Of a stretch of 64,000 nt of DNA, positions 12,134 to 22,700 are shown piece by piece. The DNA lies in contig OZ025655.1 in assembly GCA_964019335.1 (NCBI GenBank), forward strand, positions 620,001 to 684,000, read 5' to 3'. The notes under the pieces are model-generated. The model was not told the origin of the DNA and searched no databases. It saw only the letters and a program-made list of their open reading frames with translations. A program made the position numbers and the translations under genes. Source of the stretch: Diplonema japonicum. Lineage: Eukaryota > Protista > Euglenozoa: Diplonemea. Numbering within the stretch: the stretch's first letter is position 1; each line of letters opens with the position of its first letter.

Positions 12134-13334
12134 CTACTTCCAGATCGCAGTGACGGAGGTGAACCTCGTGTCCTGCGTTTGTCTCCTGATTTCTGAGAGC
12201 TGGCTGCCATCATACTCCCAGACCTGCGTGGGATTTTTTTTTTAAATTATATTTTTGAAGTTTTACGCATACCACTAGTGTGCCTGAAGAACAAACGGTG
12301 ACAACGGTGTTCCTGTCGCCCTCAGTAGCGAAAGCGATAGAGCGAATGCGGGATGGGTGGGCAGCCATTCTCCAGCGTTGGCTGCAGGAGTTGGGAGTGA
12401 TTCTGACTAGTTCAAGAGTGCCGTCCTCAAGGCCGAAAAGGAGCGAGCTTTCGTCAATGAAAGTGGAGCAGTGCGCTTCTGAAGCGAGTTTTGTTTCTGA
12501 AACCTTGTCACCCTTTAGGTTGTATACAGTGACGTTCTGTTCTGCGCACAGGGCGTAGACTTCGCCTGATGGCGAGAAGTTGACAAGGTTCTGCGATGCT
12601 TTCAGTTTAATCTGAAGGACGAGCTTGCACTTTGAGAAGTCCCACAGCTTCATGAAGGCATCGTCGCCCACAGTGATGCCCAGGCTACCCGAAGGGTGCA
12701 GCGACACGTCGTTGATACGCTTCTTGTGAGCCTGCTCCTTCCATATCGTCATCCAGTCAGAGGTCCGCATGATGATGATTTGCCCTGTAGCTGTTGTGAC
12801 AAGCAGGTTGTTTCCCACAAGACGTAGTCTGGTCGGTGTGCCTTCGGAGCCCACAGATCCTACTTCCCGAAGCCTTTTCGCGTTGAAGATTGTTATCGCT
12901 TCGTCTGATGCAGCACTGAGTATCCATTTGTCAGAATGAGCAATGCCCGAGATGTACCCCTGGTGGGGTTTCACCGCGAAGATAGATTGCAGCTTGTTTG
13001 TCTTCTCGTTCAGCGTCCACCCCGCCACAGAGGAGTCGTACGTCCCTGCCACGATCATCAGCGTGTTCTTCGCGTTCACCTGCGTTTCCTGTTTTTTCAC
13101 CGTTTTGACTTTTTTCTTCGGCGGTTCGACGGGATCTTCTTTCGGTTTGTGCGTTTTGAGAATCGACTTCAGCGACGTTTCTTCCGTTGTCTCCGGTGCT
13201 CTCTTCAGCACCTTTTTCGGGGTCACTTTCTTAGGCACCTGTTCTTCTTCTTCTTCTTCATCTACCGCACCTGGTGCCGGCCAGCCACCACCACCCAACA
13301 AGAACATCCTCGCTTGCGCTCTACGGCGGGCCAT
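12134..13334 (-). CDS. PAK1IP1: WD40 protein, PAK1IP1/Mak11-like 60S biogenesis factor (383 aa; intron 12224-12272)
   Basis: IVAGTYD...FAVKPHQGYI...WILSAASDEAITIFNAKRLREVG and AHKKRINDVSLHPSG match the family. A 49-nt GTATGC..GCAG intron restores the last WD repeat (GTLV|VWEY...TRFTSV). Confidence 0.75.
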
Positions 13335-13508
13335 TTGTCCTTTCTTTTCTACCCCTATTCACGTCTGTGAAATTTGACTTTTAAAAAAAGGGGGAACCTT
13401 AGAAAAAACCGACAAACCAGAAACCGGTTGTTCTAAAAAAATAAATAAAAACACAAAATAAAAACCTTTTTTTTCACATCTAACATAGCGGTAATATTCT
13501 AGTAGGTT

Positions 13509-14855
13509 CTAATACTCAGTGGTATGGATGGAGAAGCGGGGGCTGCCACGAGGCAGGGAGCGGGTGTTCTGCAGGGTGGCCCGTACTTCTGGTTTGGGTG
13601 ACCTCACGTTGGTGAGGGAGGGCTTGCGAGGCGACATGGACGGCCTGTTCGGTGTGATGGAACGCAGTACACGGCTTGAGCGTAGGGGCGAGGGAGGTCG
13701 TTTCTCGGCAGCGACAGTGTCGATGATGCTTTCCAGCTTCACACAGGCGGACTCCATGCTGTGGGTGAGCTCTGCCACATCAGCAATGCACCCCATGACG
13801 TCTTGGTGGGTCATCGTGCGCGACAGTGTACACCGCAAAGCGTTGCTCCGTTTTAGCGCTCTCCGCAGAAGAGCAGCAGCGCTGCACACATCTCTATTCG
13901 ATCCCATAATGTGGGCAGGGCTGGACTTGGGCTTAGTAAGCGTTTTCACCACCCGTACAAAGTTATCCCATTCGTCGATTTGGCTAGTGATGGGTGAGGG
14001 TGTGAGCCGTTCGTATTGCTTTGTGTGTGGTGACATGTCCAGCCCGGTCTCATCGACAGCCAGCCGCACGTACCTCACGACATCGTTGACCTCTGCGATG
14101 AAGCTCTGCAGGTGCTGGTGTGTTGCGAGGGTGTCGATGATGACGTGGGCCACCGCTTGCATACCGCCCTCCGTTTCGAAGTGCTTCCTAACACGGTCGG
14201 CCAGCTCCATGGCCCACGAGGTCTTGCTGTTCACCTCGGACAAGCGTTCCTTCACCATCACAAGCTCTGCTTTGAGCGCGCGGGTATCCTTCTCATGGCT
14301 CTGTTCGATCTTCTGCAGCTTATCAGGTGCAGTGCGGATGTGATCGAGCTGCTCGGTAAGCGTGTCAATACGCCACTGCATGTCAAGGATCGTCTCATTG
14401 GCATCGGTCAGCTTCTTGCGATAGCTGTTTATATCAACGTCCCACATGAGGGATGTTTGTGTGTTGATATCATGTGAAGTTGAAACGGATGTTTGCGTGG
14501 TGTTGGTGCGGGCGTGCTTTGGGGCGGTTTGTGTAGATGAAGAGACTGTGAAGGGAGCTCGTGCGGAGAATTTCATGAACTCTAATTCGTTGTAGGCTTC
14601 TTCCAGTTCCTGGTCGCGTGTCCGGACGAGCCGCTCGGATTCCTCGGCACGTTGCATCACAGCGTGCAGATCCTCATACACTTGAGCCAGTTCTTCCTTC
14701 AGCTTGTACTCCGCGTCCCTTTGTAGCACTTCACTTACATCGAGCGTTTCGTCAACTTCTAGCAGCTTCGACACGTCGTCTTCCGGTTCAAACCCATCTG
14801 CGCTGACGATGCTGCTGCTGATGTTGGAGATCGGGCTTATCTCGCCGTATTTCAT
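13509..14855 (-). CDS. Hypothetical coiled-coil protein with SP-rich C-terminus
   Basis: 448-aa ORF on the array strand with heptad-rich segments and coding-like composition. Confidence 0.7.
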   Translation of the reverse strand: MKYGEISPISNISSSIVSADGFEPEDDVSKLLEVDETLDVSEVLQRDAEYKLKEELAQVYEDLHAVMQRAEESERLVRTRDQELEEAYNELEFMKFSARAPFTVSSSTQTAPKHARTNTTQTSVSTSHDINTQTSLMWDVDINSYRKKLTDANETILDMQWRIDTLTEQLDHIRTAPDKLQKIEQSHEKDTRALKAELVMVKERLSEVNSKTSWAMELADRVRKHFETEGGMQAVAHVIIDTLATHQHLQSFIAEVNDVVRYVRLAVDETGLDMSPHTKQYERLTPSPITSQIDEWDNFVRVVKTLTKPKSSPAHIMGSNRDVCSAAALLRRALKRSNALRCTLSRTMTHQDVMGCIADVAELTHSMESACVKLESIIDTVAAEKRPPSPLRSSRVLRSITPNRPSMSPRKPSLTNVRSPKPEVRATLQNTRSLPRGSPRFSIHTTEY

Positions 14856-14951
14856 CTCTTTTGTTTACGCCCTTGAGGTGGTAGAAGGGGGTGGGGATGG
14901 TGGCGTTTTAAAAAAGAAGGGGGAAAAAAAATAGCTGTAAAGTTAACTTTC

Positions 14952-15149
14952 TTAATTCATTATACCATCTCCCGGTACGTGTAAGTCGTAGCTCAGCTTC
15001 TCCGGCCGCGTCTTCACGGTAGTCCTGAGCCCGTAGTGCTCCACGTTGCTCGAGCTCATTGTCGGGGGGTCGCATTTCTTGAACTTCGACCTCCAGCACT
15101 CTTTCATGAGCTCCTCATTTTTGAGTTCTGTGGCGCCTGCGCCGGACAT
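14952..15149 (-). CDS. Small hypothetical protein (65 aa, MSGAGATELK...)
   Basis: GC-rich coding-like island on the array strand, preceded by a pyrimidine tract and AG. Confidence 0.5.
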   Translation of the reverse strand: MSGAGATELKNEELMKECWRSKFKKCDPPTMSSSNVEHYGLRTTVKTRPEKLSYDLHVPGDGIMN

Positions 15150-15306
15150 CAAAACCCCGACCTATGGTACTCTCAGCAGAGAAAGAAAAGGGGAGATGGG
15201 GCAACAAATGAAGGAAAGGGACAAAAGTACTTTCTATGTAATAAACAATGTGGGGACAGGGTAGGATCTAGATTTTTTTTTTTTTTTTGACACAAGAAAA
15301 AACAAA

Positions 15307-17079
15307 TCAGTCGGAGTAACTGTCATCAGAGCTTGAGCTGCTGGAGCTGGAACTGGAACTGGAGCTAGAGTCCGATTTCTTGTCTTTTTTCTTCTTAGTT
15401 TTCTTTTTTTTCTCAGGTTCAGGTGGAGCGGTCTTGACGGGTGTGCTGTGGTTAGAAGCGCTCTCGTCATCAGACATGGGTTTAGCGTTGGCAACACTCT
15501 CTGCGTGTGCACGGTGGGCTGCGGCTTCCTGCTGCTTCTCAGGAGCACGGAGCCAGATGGGCTTCTGCCTGGCAACCCGTGCCTCCATGCTGTCATGATC
15601 CAGCTTCCACTGTCTTGTAGTTGACTTCCACTTCGGTTCTTTCTCCTCGTCTTCGTCCTCGCCCCCTCCCGGTTCTGCTTCGTACCTCTTCAGCATCTTG
15701 GCCACATCGCTTCTCTTCTTTGCAGCGACCACCTCCTCTTCTTCCAACCTCTTGCGGTGTTCTTCCTGTTGAACGATTTCCTTGCTTCTTTGCAGATGCA
15801 ACATGTTCGCCGCTTTCGTGTACCTGGTTGGCATTGGTGCAGACTTCACAGGCGACCTGCGTTGCGGTGCTGCACGCGGTGTAACGTACGGCCAGCGTTT
15901 CTCAGGCAGCGTGCTGTCCTCCACCTTCATCTCGTGGCTGATGACGTACGCTGGCTTCGAGGTCGACTTGGACAGCGCGAACTCCTTCACATCAGTCTTG
16001 TGGGGGTCTGGCTTCCACACCCTGTTGAGCGCCTCCGCCTCGCGATACTTAGCAAAGTCGGGAACGGATGTGTTGATCACGGGTTTGAACTTGCATTGCG
16101 GGTTCAACCCCTGCGACTGGCTCCTTCGCACTGTCATCTTCTTTTGCTCCTTCGCCACGCGAGGGATCTGCGCCTCATACTCCGCAAGCTTGTACCGGGC
16201 AGCCTCCTTTACGTCCATCTTCCTGATGATCTCCGCCTCTGCCAGCTTATGCCACCTCGGTTCCAAGACGCTTCTTGGTACGGGCTTGGCCTTAATTTTG
16301 TACCCCTGCATCTTCTCGGCGATGGGGACGTATGTGGACTTCCGTAAAGGTTCTGAGATGTACCCCCTGTGGGTGTGCGTGGGGTTGGGGGTGTATGAGC
16401 GGGCTTTGTGTTTCATTTCAGCTTGTTGTTTCAGAACAAGCCGTTTCTCTTCTTGTTCGAGTTGCATGAGTTCAAACTTGTTCATGAAGGTGGAGGGCGG
16501 AACGGGGTTGGCGCGGAAGGTGTCTTTTCTGCCGTTGGGCCTGCAGAGTGCTTCGGACTCCTGCTCGCGTCGTATGTGCTGCTCACGTTTCTTGACCTCA
16601 GCACGCACAGAGGGGGCTCCTTTCTTCGCCCTTTCACGAGCTTCGAAAGAGAATGGCTGCACGGCAAGACTTGCTTCACGTCTCTTTTGGTATTCATGGT
16701 GGTAGAGAGAAGGCTCTGTTGAGACCTCAAGGGGGAGGTCTGTACTGTTCGCAGCTGCTTCTTGTTGTTGAAGGAGCTCCTCATACGCCGTCATGCGTGC
16801 CCTGTGGCCTTCTGCAATGTTTCGAAAGGGTTCATCTGGTGCGGGGTTTTCACGTATCCCGGCGGGTTCAGTCCTTTCTAGTTCACTCAGTCTTCTCTCG
16901 AGTTCGGCCTGTTCTCTCCTTAGTTCTGTAAGTAACTCGTAATCCTCGCTTGTCTCCTCCTTGTTTTCATTTTCCATTCGTGTGGAACCTTCAGGGCGGC
17001 GTATCACCTCTACCTGGGTGTTCCTTTCAACACTTCTCAAGACTCTATTATATGGATCGACGTAATGGGTCTGCATCAT
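15307..17079 (-). CDS. FAM161: FAM161/UPF0564-like centriole/cilium microtubule-binding protein
   Basis: QPFSFEARE, FRANPVP, IKAKPVPRSV and FKPVINTSVPDF motifs typical of FAM161; poly-Ser tail. Confidence 0.7.
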   Translation of the reverse strand: MMQTHYVDPYNRVLRSVERNTQVEVIRRPEGSTRMENENKEETSEDYELLTELRREQAELERRLSELERTEPAGIRENPAPDEPFRNIAEGHRARMTAYEELLQQQEAAANSTDLPLEVSTEPSLYHHEYQKRREASLAVQPFSFEARERAKKGAPSVRAEVKKREQHIRREQESEALCRPNGRKDTFRANPVPPSTFMNKFELMQLEQEEKRLVLKQQAEMKHKARSYTPNPTHTHRGYISEPLRKSTYVPIAEKMQGYKIKAKPVPRSVLEPRWHKLAEAEIIRKMDVKEAARYKLAEYEAQIPRVAKEQKKMTVRRSQSQGLNPQCKFKPVINTSVPDFAKYREAEALNRVWKPDPHKTDVKEFALSKSTSKPAYVISHEMKVEDSTLPEKRWPYVTPRAAPQRRSPVKSAPMPTRYTKAANMLHLQRSKEIVQQEEHRKRLEEEEVVAAKKRSDVAKMLKRYEAEPGGGEDEDEEKEPKWKSTTRQWKLDHDSMEARVARQKPIWLRAPEKQQEAAAHRAHAESVANAKPMSDDESASNHSTPVKTAPPEPEKKKKTKKKKDKKSDSSSSSSSSSSSSSSDDSYSD

Positions 17080-17526
17080 TATGGTATTTTTTTTTTTTCC
17101 GCCTTGTCAGCGTACTTGTTTAGAGTGGGTGAGAATAAAAAAAGGGGGGGGGGGACAAAAGAGGGAAAGTACTGATGGAATAAAGTAGGAAAAAAGAGGA
17201 AAGAAAGGGAAAGAAAGAAAAGAAAAAAAAAAGAAAGGGAACTGTATTTTTTTTTTTTTTTTTTTTTTTTACAGCATTAAAAGGTCAGAGATTATGTTGG
17301 TAAGTAGTTAATTAACAAATTCCTTCTTTTTTTTAACACCCCACCAAAGCTGGGGAGGGGGGAAAAAAAATGAGTTAAAGGAGGTCTTTGAGACACTATC
17401 CTACTAACATTTTTTTTTTTTAAATACTAAGGTACAGGGATACAAAAAAGGGAATTTCCTGGAATTTTTTTTTTGGTTTTTGAAAATTCTTGCTTTTAGA
17501 ATTTTTCTTTTTTTACAAAACAACAA

Positions 17527-17579
<53 letters not shown>

Positions 17580-18661
17580 TTTTTTTTCTTCTTTTTTTGA
17601 GTAGCTGTTAGTTACAGAACACCATATTGAGTCATGAAGGTAACGCGAATTAAACTAATGGCTCATTTGTCGATAGTAAAAGTAGTCTTTTGTTCGTCAT
17701 TGTGTCACTGCCCCTTCATACATATCAAAGACCTGGGATTTTTTTTTTCTTTTTTTTTTTTTTTTTGGTTCTGGGGCCCGGTTCACTATGTCCACACCAT
17801 GGAATCACGAGATTTCATTCTGGTTTTAAGCAGCCTAAAAACTACGTATTTTTTTTTTTCCCCTTCTTTCTTTTCCTCTTCACATTTTACACAAATGTGC
17901 AAAATAATGAGGCCTTTAGTGAATGAAAAAAAGACGACAAAAATAAACAAAAGAAAACAATGGAAAAAAAAAAAGTAAAAATAAAAAGAAAATACACGAA
18001 ACATAACGAAAGCGCCTTTTTGTTTTTTTTCCCCCCCACATACATAATTACTTTCATTTTCTCCCCCCCCCCCCCTTCCCTTCCCTCACGAAGTAGATCC
18101 AGGTCTGAAGTCACTGTATTTCATATGCAAAGAAAAGAAAAATACAATAAGAAAAAAAATTTTTTTTTGGGCAAGCTTTCATAGATAGCTTCCACACGCT
18201 TTTCTTTTGCTCCCTATTTTTTTATTTATTTTTTGTCACCATTAGAGGCATTTGCAATGAAAGTCATGGAAGGGAGGAAGGGGGGAAAAAAAAAAGAAAA
18301 AAGACATCCAAGAAAGTAATTGGGGAGGAAACCAGATCAAAAAAAAAAAAGAAAAGTACGTAAAGGGGAGGGGCGTCACATAACGCGGAAACTGGAGCAA
18401 AAAAAAAATGACAAAAAAGAATTTTTTAAAAAAGAAAAAGAAAAAAACCCCTCCCCCAAGTAAAGGACCATGTCACTTGACGGGGAAAAAAAAAAGACAA
18501 AAAAAAAAAAAGACGACAGGGAAAGGAAAGGGAAGAAAGACACAGATTGGTTTTTTTTTTTTTTTTTTTCTTTTTTTTTCCTGGGAGATTTTATTTTTTT
18601 CTCACCCCCCCCTGATAATTACAATGAACATTTTTTTTTTTTCAATCTATTATTTATTTTT

Positions 18662-18971
18662 TTATGCACCTAACACAAACGCCAAGAAAGCCTTGCAGGC
18701 CTCCCAAAAGATGAACATGAGGCACAAAACAACCCCATCTGTATGTGTATGATTCCCCCCCCCCCCCCCCCCCCCTTTACATACTCAATAACATCTCCTC
18801 CCAGGGTTCCAGCATGTAAATCGCAGTAGTGATCTTGTACTTCTCGTAGCTGCCCACCAACTTCCTAATCGGGTTCCGACTTGAAGATTTTGGGACTTCT
18901 GGGAGATCCAAGTTTCCCTTGTTCCATGAGGGAACACCGTAACGCAAGCCCATCTCTGAAGCAGACCCCAT
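18662..18971 (-). CDS. SPTSS: Serine palmitoyltransferase small subunit (ssSPT, 87 aa; intron 18739-18784)
   Basis: After removing a 46-nt GTATGT..ACAG intron the sequence reads YKITTAIYMLEPWEEMLL|NGVVLCLMFIFW, matching the ssSPT YMLEPWE..FN plus TM motif. Confidence 0.8.
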
Positions 18972-19642
18972 GTTATTATTTTTTTTATTTATTTCTGATT
19001 AACTCCTCCCAACCTACAAGATTTTCTTGTTTTCGACAAAGGAAAAAAAAAAAAAAAAAATTCTTTATGACTATATGTCTTTCGTTTTAAAAAGCTGCGA
19101 AAGTTTTTTGCTCGGCACAAGTTGCATATAGTTATAAAATCATTTTTTGAAAGGTAACAAAAAAAAAAAAAAAATCAACGCAAACATAACACAAGAAGAT
19201 CTATTTAAAATGGGAAACAGGTGGGGAGGGAGAAAAAAAAAAGAGACAATTAGGCGCAAGTGGCTGTCTTTTTTTCTTTTAATAGGGAAACTTGACATGA
19301 AGCTGGTGCCTGTAACATGCCCGGGCGAGTCGAAGTTTGGGGATCACTTAAAAAAAGAGTTGTGGCGATTTTTGTTGTTTGTGCAAAGCTGCCTCGCACC
19401 CTTTTTAGCAAATAACAATTCATTTACAATTATTGTTTTTTTTTTTCTCTTTTTTTTTCTTTTTTTTTTTTCTTGTTTACGCAAACTTCAAAAAAAAAAG
19501 GGAAAAAAAGATAACGAGGATACTAAAATACCTTTACATAATAAAAAATAAAAATAAAACTGTCAACAATAGAATGGGGGAAGCTGAATCTCTTTTTCTA
19601 AAATCTGTGGGATTTTTCCCCTCTACCACTATAACAAACTTT

Positions 19643-19677
<35 letters not shown>

Positions 19678-19786
19678 ACTTTTGACAATAAATGGGAGTG
19701 GGAATGGGGAATACACATTTTCTTCATTCATCTTCCTCCTTTTTTTTTTTTTTTTCCTTCCTAATCGTTGCCTTCCATTCCCATCG

Positions 19787-22700
19787 CTACCCGTATTGGA
19801 GGTTTTGTAGAGGGTTTGCCCCCGAAGTGGGAAGTGGTGTCACGGAGTAGGGGTCTTGCTTTGGTGCCGCTGACCGGTGAACACGGTTGTCCTCGACATA
19901 CTCCTGCCCCTCCCCGGGGCCTCCCTTCCAAGTCACGACGTACCCACTGGGAGGGAGCTCCCAGATGGCATCAATATCGTTGCCTGCCCCTTCTGGGTAG
20001 TAGTAATACCTCCCTCGGGTGTTGCTCCATCGTGCAATGAACCTCTCGCCGCCCTCGTCCAGTACGGAGACCACCTTCTCTGTCCTTTCAGGTGGTGTGT
20101 CGTACATCATCTGCGGCGGTGGCTTCCTCGGTGCGTATATTGCATCAGAGAACTCCCCCCGCCTCTCCCTTGGTGGTGGTGGGCCTCGCTCTGCGTTTGT
20201 TTCCTCGTGTCTGTTGGTTTCTTCTTTCTTCTCTGTCGTCTTGTTCTTCCTCCACAAGCACATCCCTAGCAGGAGGAGCAGCCCACAGCACAACAGTGCC
20301 CCCGCGATGATCAACGCAATCGCCCAGTTCGGGATGTCGTCGTCGCTGCTGCTTCCGACCGCCGCAGCGGCGCAGCACGTGGCCTCGTTGCACCCCTGCG
20401 CGGCGCACACGGAAGAGGTTTGCGCCCTCCCAGCAGGGCAGGTAAAGGTGGTGCAGCTGGTGCAGCACACTGCAGCCGTGCACACATTGCCGCAGGCTGG
20501 CGGTGCCGACAGCACAGAACACGTGTTTACGAACGACGAGCATCCCCCGCACACGGGACTCCCGCTCCACGACCCACCCGCTTGGCACACTACACTGCTG
20601 CAGGCAGCACCGTTGACAGTGTACGTGCACGTCGTCCCAGTAGGGGCCTGCCCTGTAGTGGGACACCCAGTCGCACCTGCCGGTGCCACAGTGTTGTAGC
20701 TGCAAGTATTTGGAGTAGTTGGGGTTGGGGCACCTAACCTGTTGATAATCTGCACGGATGACACCTGCGTGAGCGCATTGTACAGGGCATCGCCCCCTTG
20801 CTGCACGACAAGGCCCACAGAGTAGGCGGTGTCTGTGTCCGCAACGTTGTCCTGCACGCCGGTGACCGTGATGGTCTTTGGGGTGTTCCAGTCGCTTGCG
20901 GTGAACTCGATGCTGCTGGGGTTTGCTACTCCTTCATTTGTGTTGTTGCTCACAGCTTGTATCACAACAGGTGCTGTGGGACTGGAGTCCAGGCTGACAG
21001 TGAAAATAGCACTACCGCCCAATTCAGATGTGAACAGCGAGCCAGTAGGCGTGACACGCACCCCAGCTTTGTCATCATCCAGTGTTGTGACGGCAACGTC
21101 ATCAGGTTTGAGCCCGTTGTAGACTGGGTCGCTGCTCACAGCCGCCTGCACTGCCACTGAGAAGGTGATGTCACCATCGTCGACATCGTCGTTGACAGGC
21201 GTGACGATGACTGTCTGGGGTGTGCTCCAGTGGGTGCGGCCCATGTTTGAGCCGCCTGCGATATTAGGTGTGAAGACCAGAGTACTACTATCGATGGTTG
21301 CTTCTGTGGTGTCGGTGCTCTGCACCATGATCGAGACATCTGCTGTGGGCTGCGTGTGGAGCACGACCGTGAAGGAGTTAGAAGCACCTGTCTCGTTGAG
21401 TATCATGGTTACGGGGGCTACTGTCACCCCACGCGTGTCGTCATCAGTGTTCGTCATCACCATGTCAGGCAAGTCAAGACCCGAGAAGTTCGGGTCACTG
21501 CTCACAGCTGGGCTCAGAACCACGTTGTACGTCACATCACCGTCGTCGACAGCATCTTGCACACCAGTCACTGTGACAGTGCGTACGGCATTCCACGAGC
21601 CAGTCGTGAAGACCAAGGAAGAGACTGACACCACACCCTCGCTCGTGTCAGTGCTGGAGAGAGCAATCGTCACATCACTAGTCGGTTGTGTGCTGAGCAC
21701 CACTGTGAACACGGCATTAGTCCCTGCTTCAGAAGTCGTCGCACTGCAGCACGAGCATGCACCTGGCAGCACGCACACAACAGCTCTAGAGTCATCGTCG
21801 TCTGTGTTGGTAACTTCAACCCTGTTACCCGGCAACAAGGAGTACGCGGAGTCAGCCGTGACTGGCCGGTTCGTGAGTACATTGTACACCACATCACCGT
21901 CGTCGACATCGTCGTTGACTCCCGTCACGGTTACCACCTGCGCAATGTTCCAATTTGCAGACGTGAAGCGTGTCTCTGTAGGGCTGACTGTGCCCTCTGT
22001 TTGATCCCCGCTCACAATGGGGATCACAACATCGACCGTTGGCTGAGTCTGCAGCGTCACAGTGAAGGTGGCCGTCACGTTGCCCGCTTCGTTCGTCACA
22101 AGCCCCGACAAAGGCGTCACTAGCACTGCTGCTGTGTCGTCATCGACGTTGAAGATGGGCACGCTGGACACCATCTTGTTAGCGTAGTTCGCGTCGTTCG
22201 ACACGATGGAAGCAAAGCGCACCTCGTATGTCACATTGCCGTCTGCCACCTGATCATTGACCCCACTCACGGACACCGTCACGGGCTGCGACCATGTGTT
22301 CATGTCGAACCTGATGACGAGAGGCGTGATTATGCCCTCCTGAAGGTTGGAGCTCTCTAAAGAAATCACGACATCGCTGACCGGCTGCGATGACAGCAGA
22401 ACCTCAAACTGCGTGGTGCCGCCCTGCTCTGTGGTGAACAGGTTGGGGTCCGCACGGACAATGACGTCAGCAGTATCGTCATCGATGTTTAGAACCTGAA
22501 TAGGCTGCGATGTGGCGCTTGAGTAGCTAGGGTCGGTGCTGCTGCTGTCACAAGTGATCAGGTACACCACGTCACCGTCCACGACAGAGTCGTCGACGCC
22601 TGTGATCGTAGCTACCTGGCTGGTGTTCCACGTCAGCGACGTAAAGGTCATCATGTTGGGCGACACAAGACCTTCTGTCGTGTCATTGCTAGTGACATTC

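Noticed and set aside
17600-17850. Higher-complexity patch with intron-like GT..CAG and snoRNA-box-like words
   Set aside because: No frame gives a convincing ORF and there is no complete C/D or H/ACA box set; it is probably UTR.
17100-19780. F/K-rich ORFs in spacers (also 30200-31600, 36079-36743, 41453-42006, 51719-52211, 52774-53922, 56001-57117, 59711-60827)
   Set aside because: They are translations of poly-T/poly-A homopolymer tracts, not coding sequence.
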